Below, piece by piece: positions 63,800 to 64,000 of a stretch of 64,000 bases of DNA. The DNA lies in contig OX638150.1 of assembly GCA_951804945.1 (NCBI GenBank), positions 60,884,001 to 60,948,000 of the forward strand, read 5' to 3'. Below the pieces are notes generated by a model. It ran no database searches, was not told where the DNA came from, and was given only the letters and a program-made list of their open reading frames with translations. Within the stretch, counting starts at the first letter, position 1, and every line of letters begins with the position of its first letter. Made by a program: the position numbers and the translations under genes. The stretch comes from Podarcis cretensis (taxonomy: Eukaryota).

Positions 63800-64000
63800 C
63801 TTGCTCCAGCCTCGGCAGCCCACTCCCTTCTGCCTCGCCTCCTCCCGCTCCAAGCTTGCTACTCTACTAGTCTCCTGGCAACAGCAGTTGTGGGCATAGG
63901 TGCATTTGCACCGCCCCAGATGCTGCATTTGCACAGTGCATCCTCGGGGCCTTTTTTATTTTAAACACACACACTTGGCAAATGCAAGAGAAATCACGTG

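Larger units (their letters stand above)
62860..64000 (-). promoter_or_regulatory. CpG-rich promoter / 5' leader / intron-1 start of KLHL3
   Basis: Abrupt rise in GC and CpG relative to the CpG-depleted rest of the window; GC box CCGCCC 63911-63916, E-box CACGTG 63995-64000; surrounds exon 1. Confidence 0.8.

Noticed and set aside
62829-63870. Several 110-212 aa ORFs on both strands near the promoter
   Set aside because: Low-complexity products expected from GC-rich, stop-poor CpG-island sequence
1-64000. CRISPR arrays, rRNA or bona fide tRNA genes, prokaryotic systems
   Set aside because: The sequence is intron-rich vertebrate DNA; tRNA-like boxes occur only in SINE heads; no regularly spaced repeat-spacer array seen

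Overview
Eukaryotic (vertebrate) genomic DNA, almost certainly a squamate reptile and probably a lacertid lizard (Sauria-type SINEs, squamate CR1/L2/L1 and hAT/Tc1 MITEs). The window holds the complete coding span of KLHL3 (kelch-like 3, CUL3 adaptor for WNK kinases) on the minus strand. I reconstructed 15 coding exons by hand (63511 to 26721, all GT-AG introns, 1758 nt = 585 aa + stop), with a CpG-rich promoter/5' leader at the right edge and a probable long (up to ~6 kb) 3' UTR ending near 20.7 kb. The left ~20 kb looks intergenic. It carries an L1 3' end, the 3' half of a decayed Gypsy LTR retrotransposon (integrase + PPT + 349-bp LTR) and many small TEs. I found no clearly novel multi-gene system. 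The most unusual features are: (i) a 158-bp hAT-type MITE with perfect TIRs/TSD whose body carries telomeric TTAGGG repeats with G-quadruplex potential; (ii) a ~470-bp degenerate fold-back in the putative KLHL3 3' UTR with a pre-miRNA-shaped core; (iii) a complex 5' leader (uORF, overlapping ORF, 139-codon open in-frame extension, CAG/CTG hairpin); and (iv) an L2 tail abutting the likely branch point of the last intron. TE family names come from recognition by eye and need RepeatMasker/Dfam confirmation.
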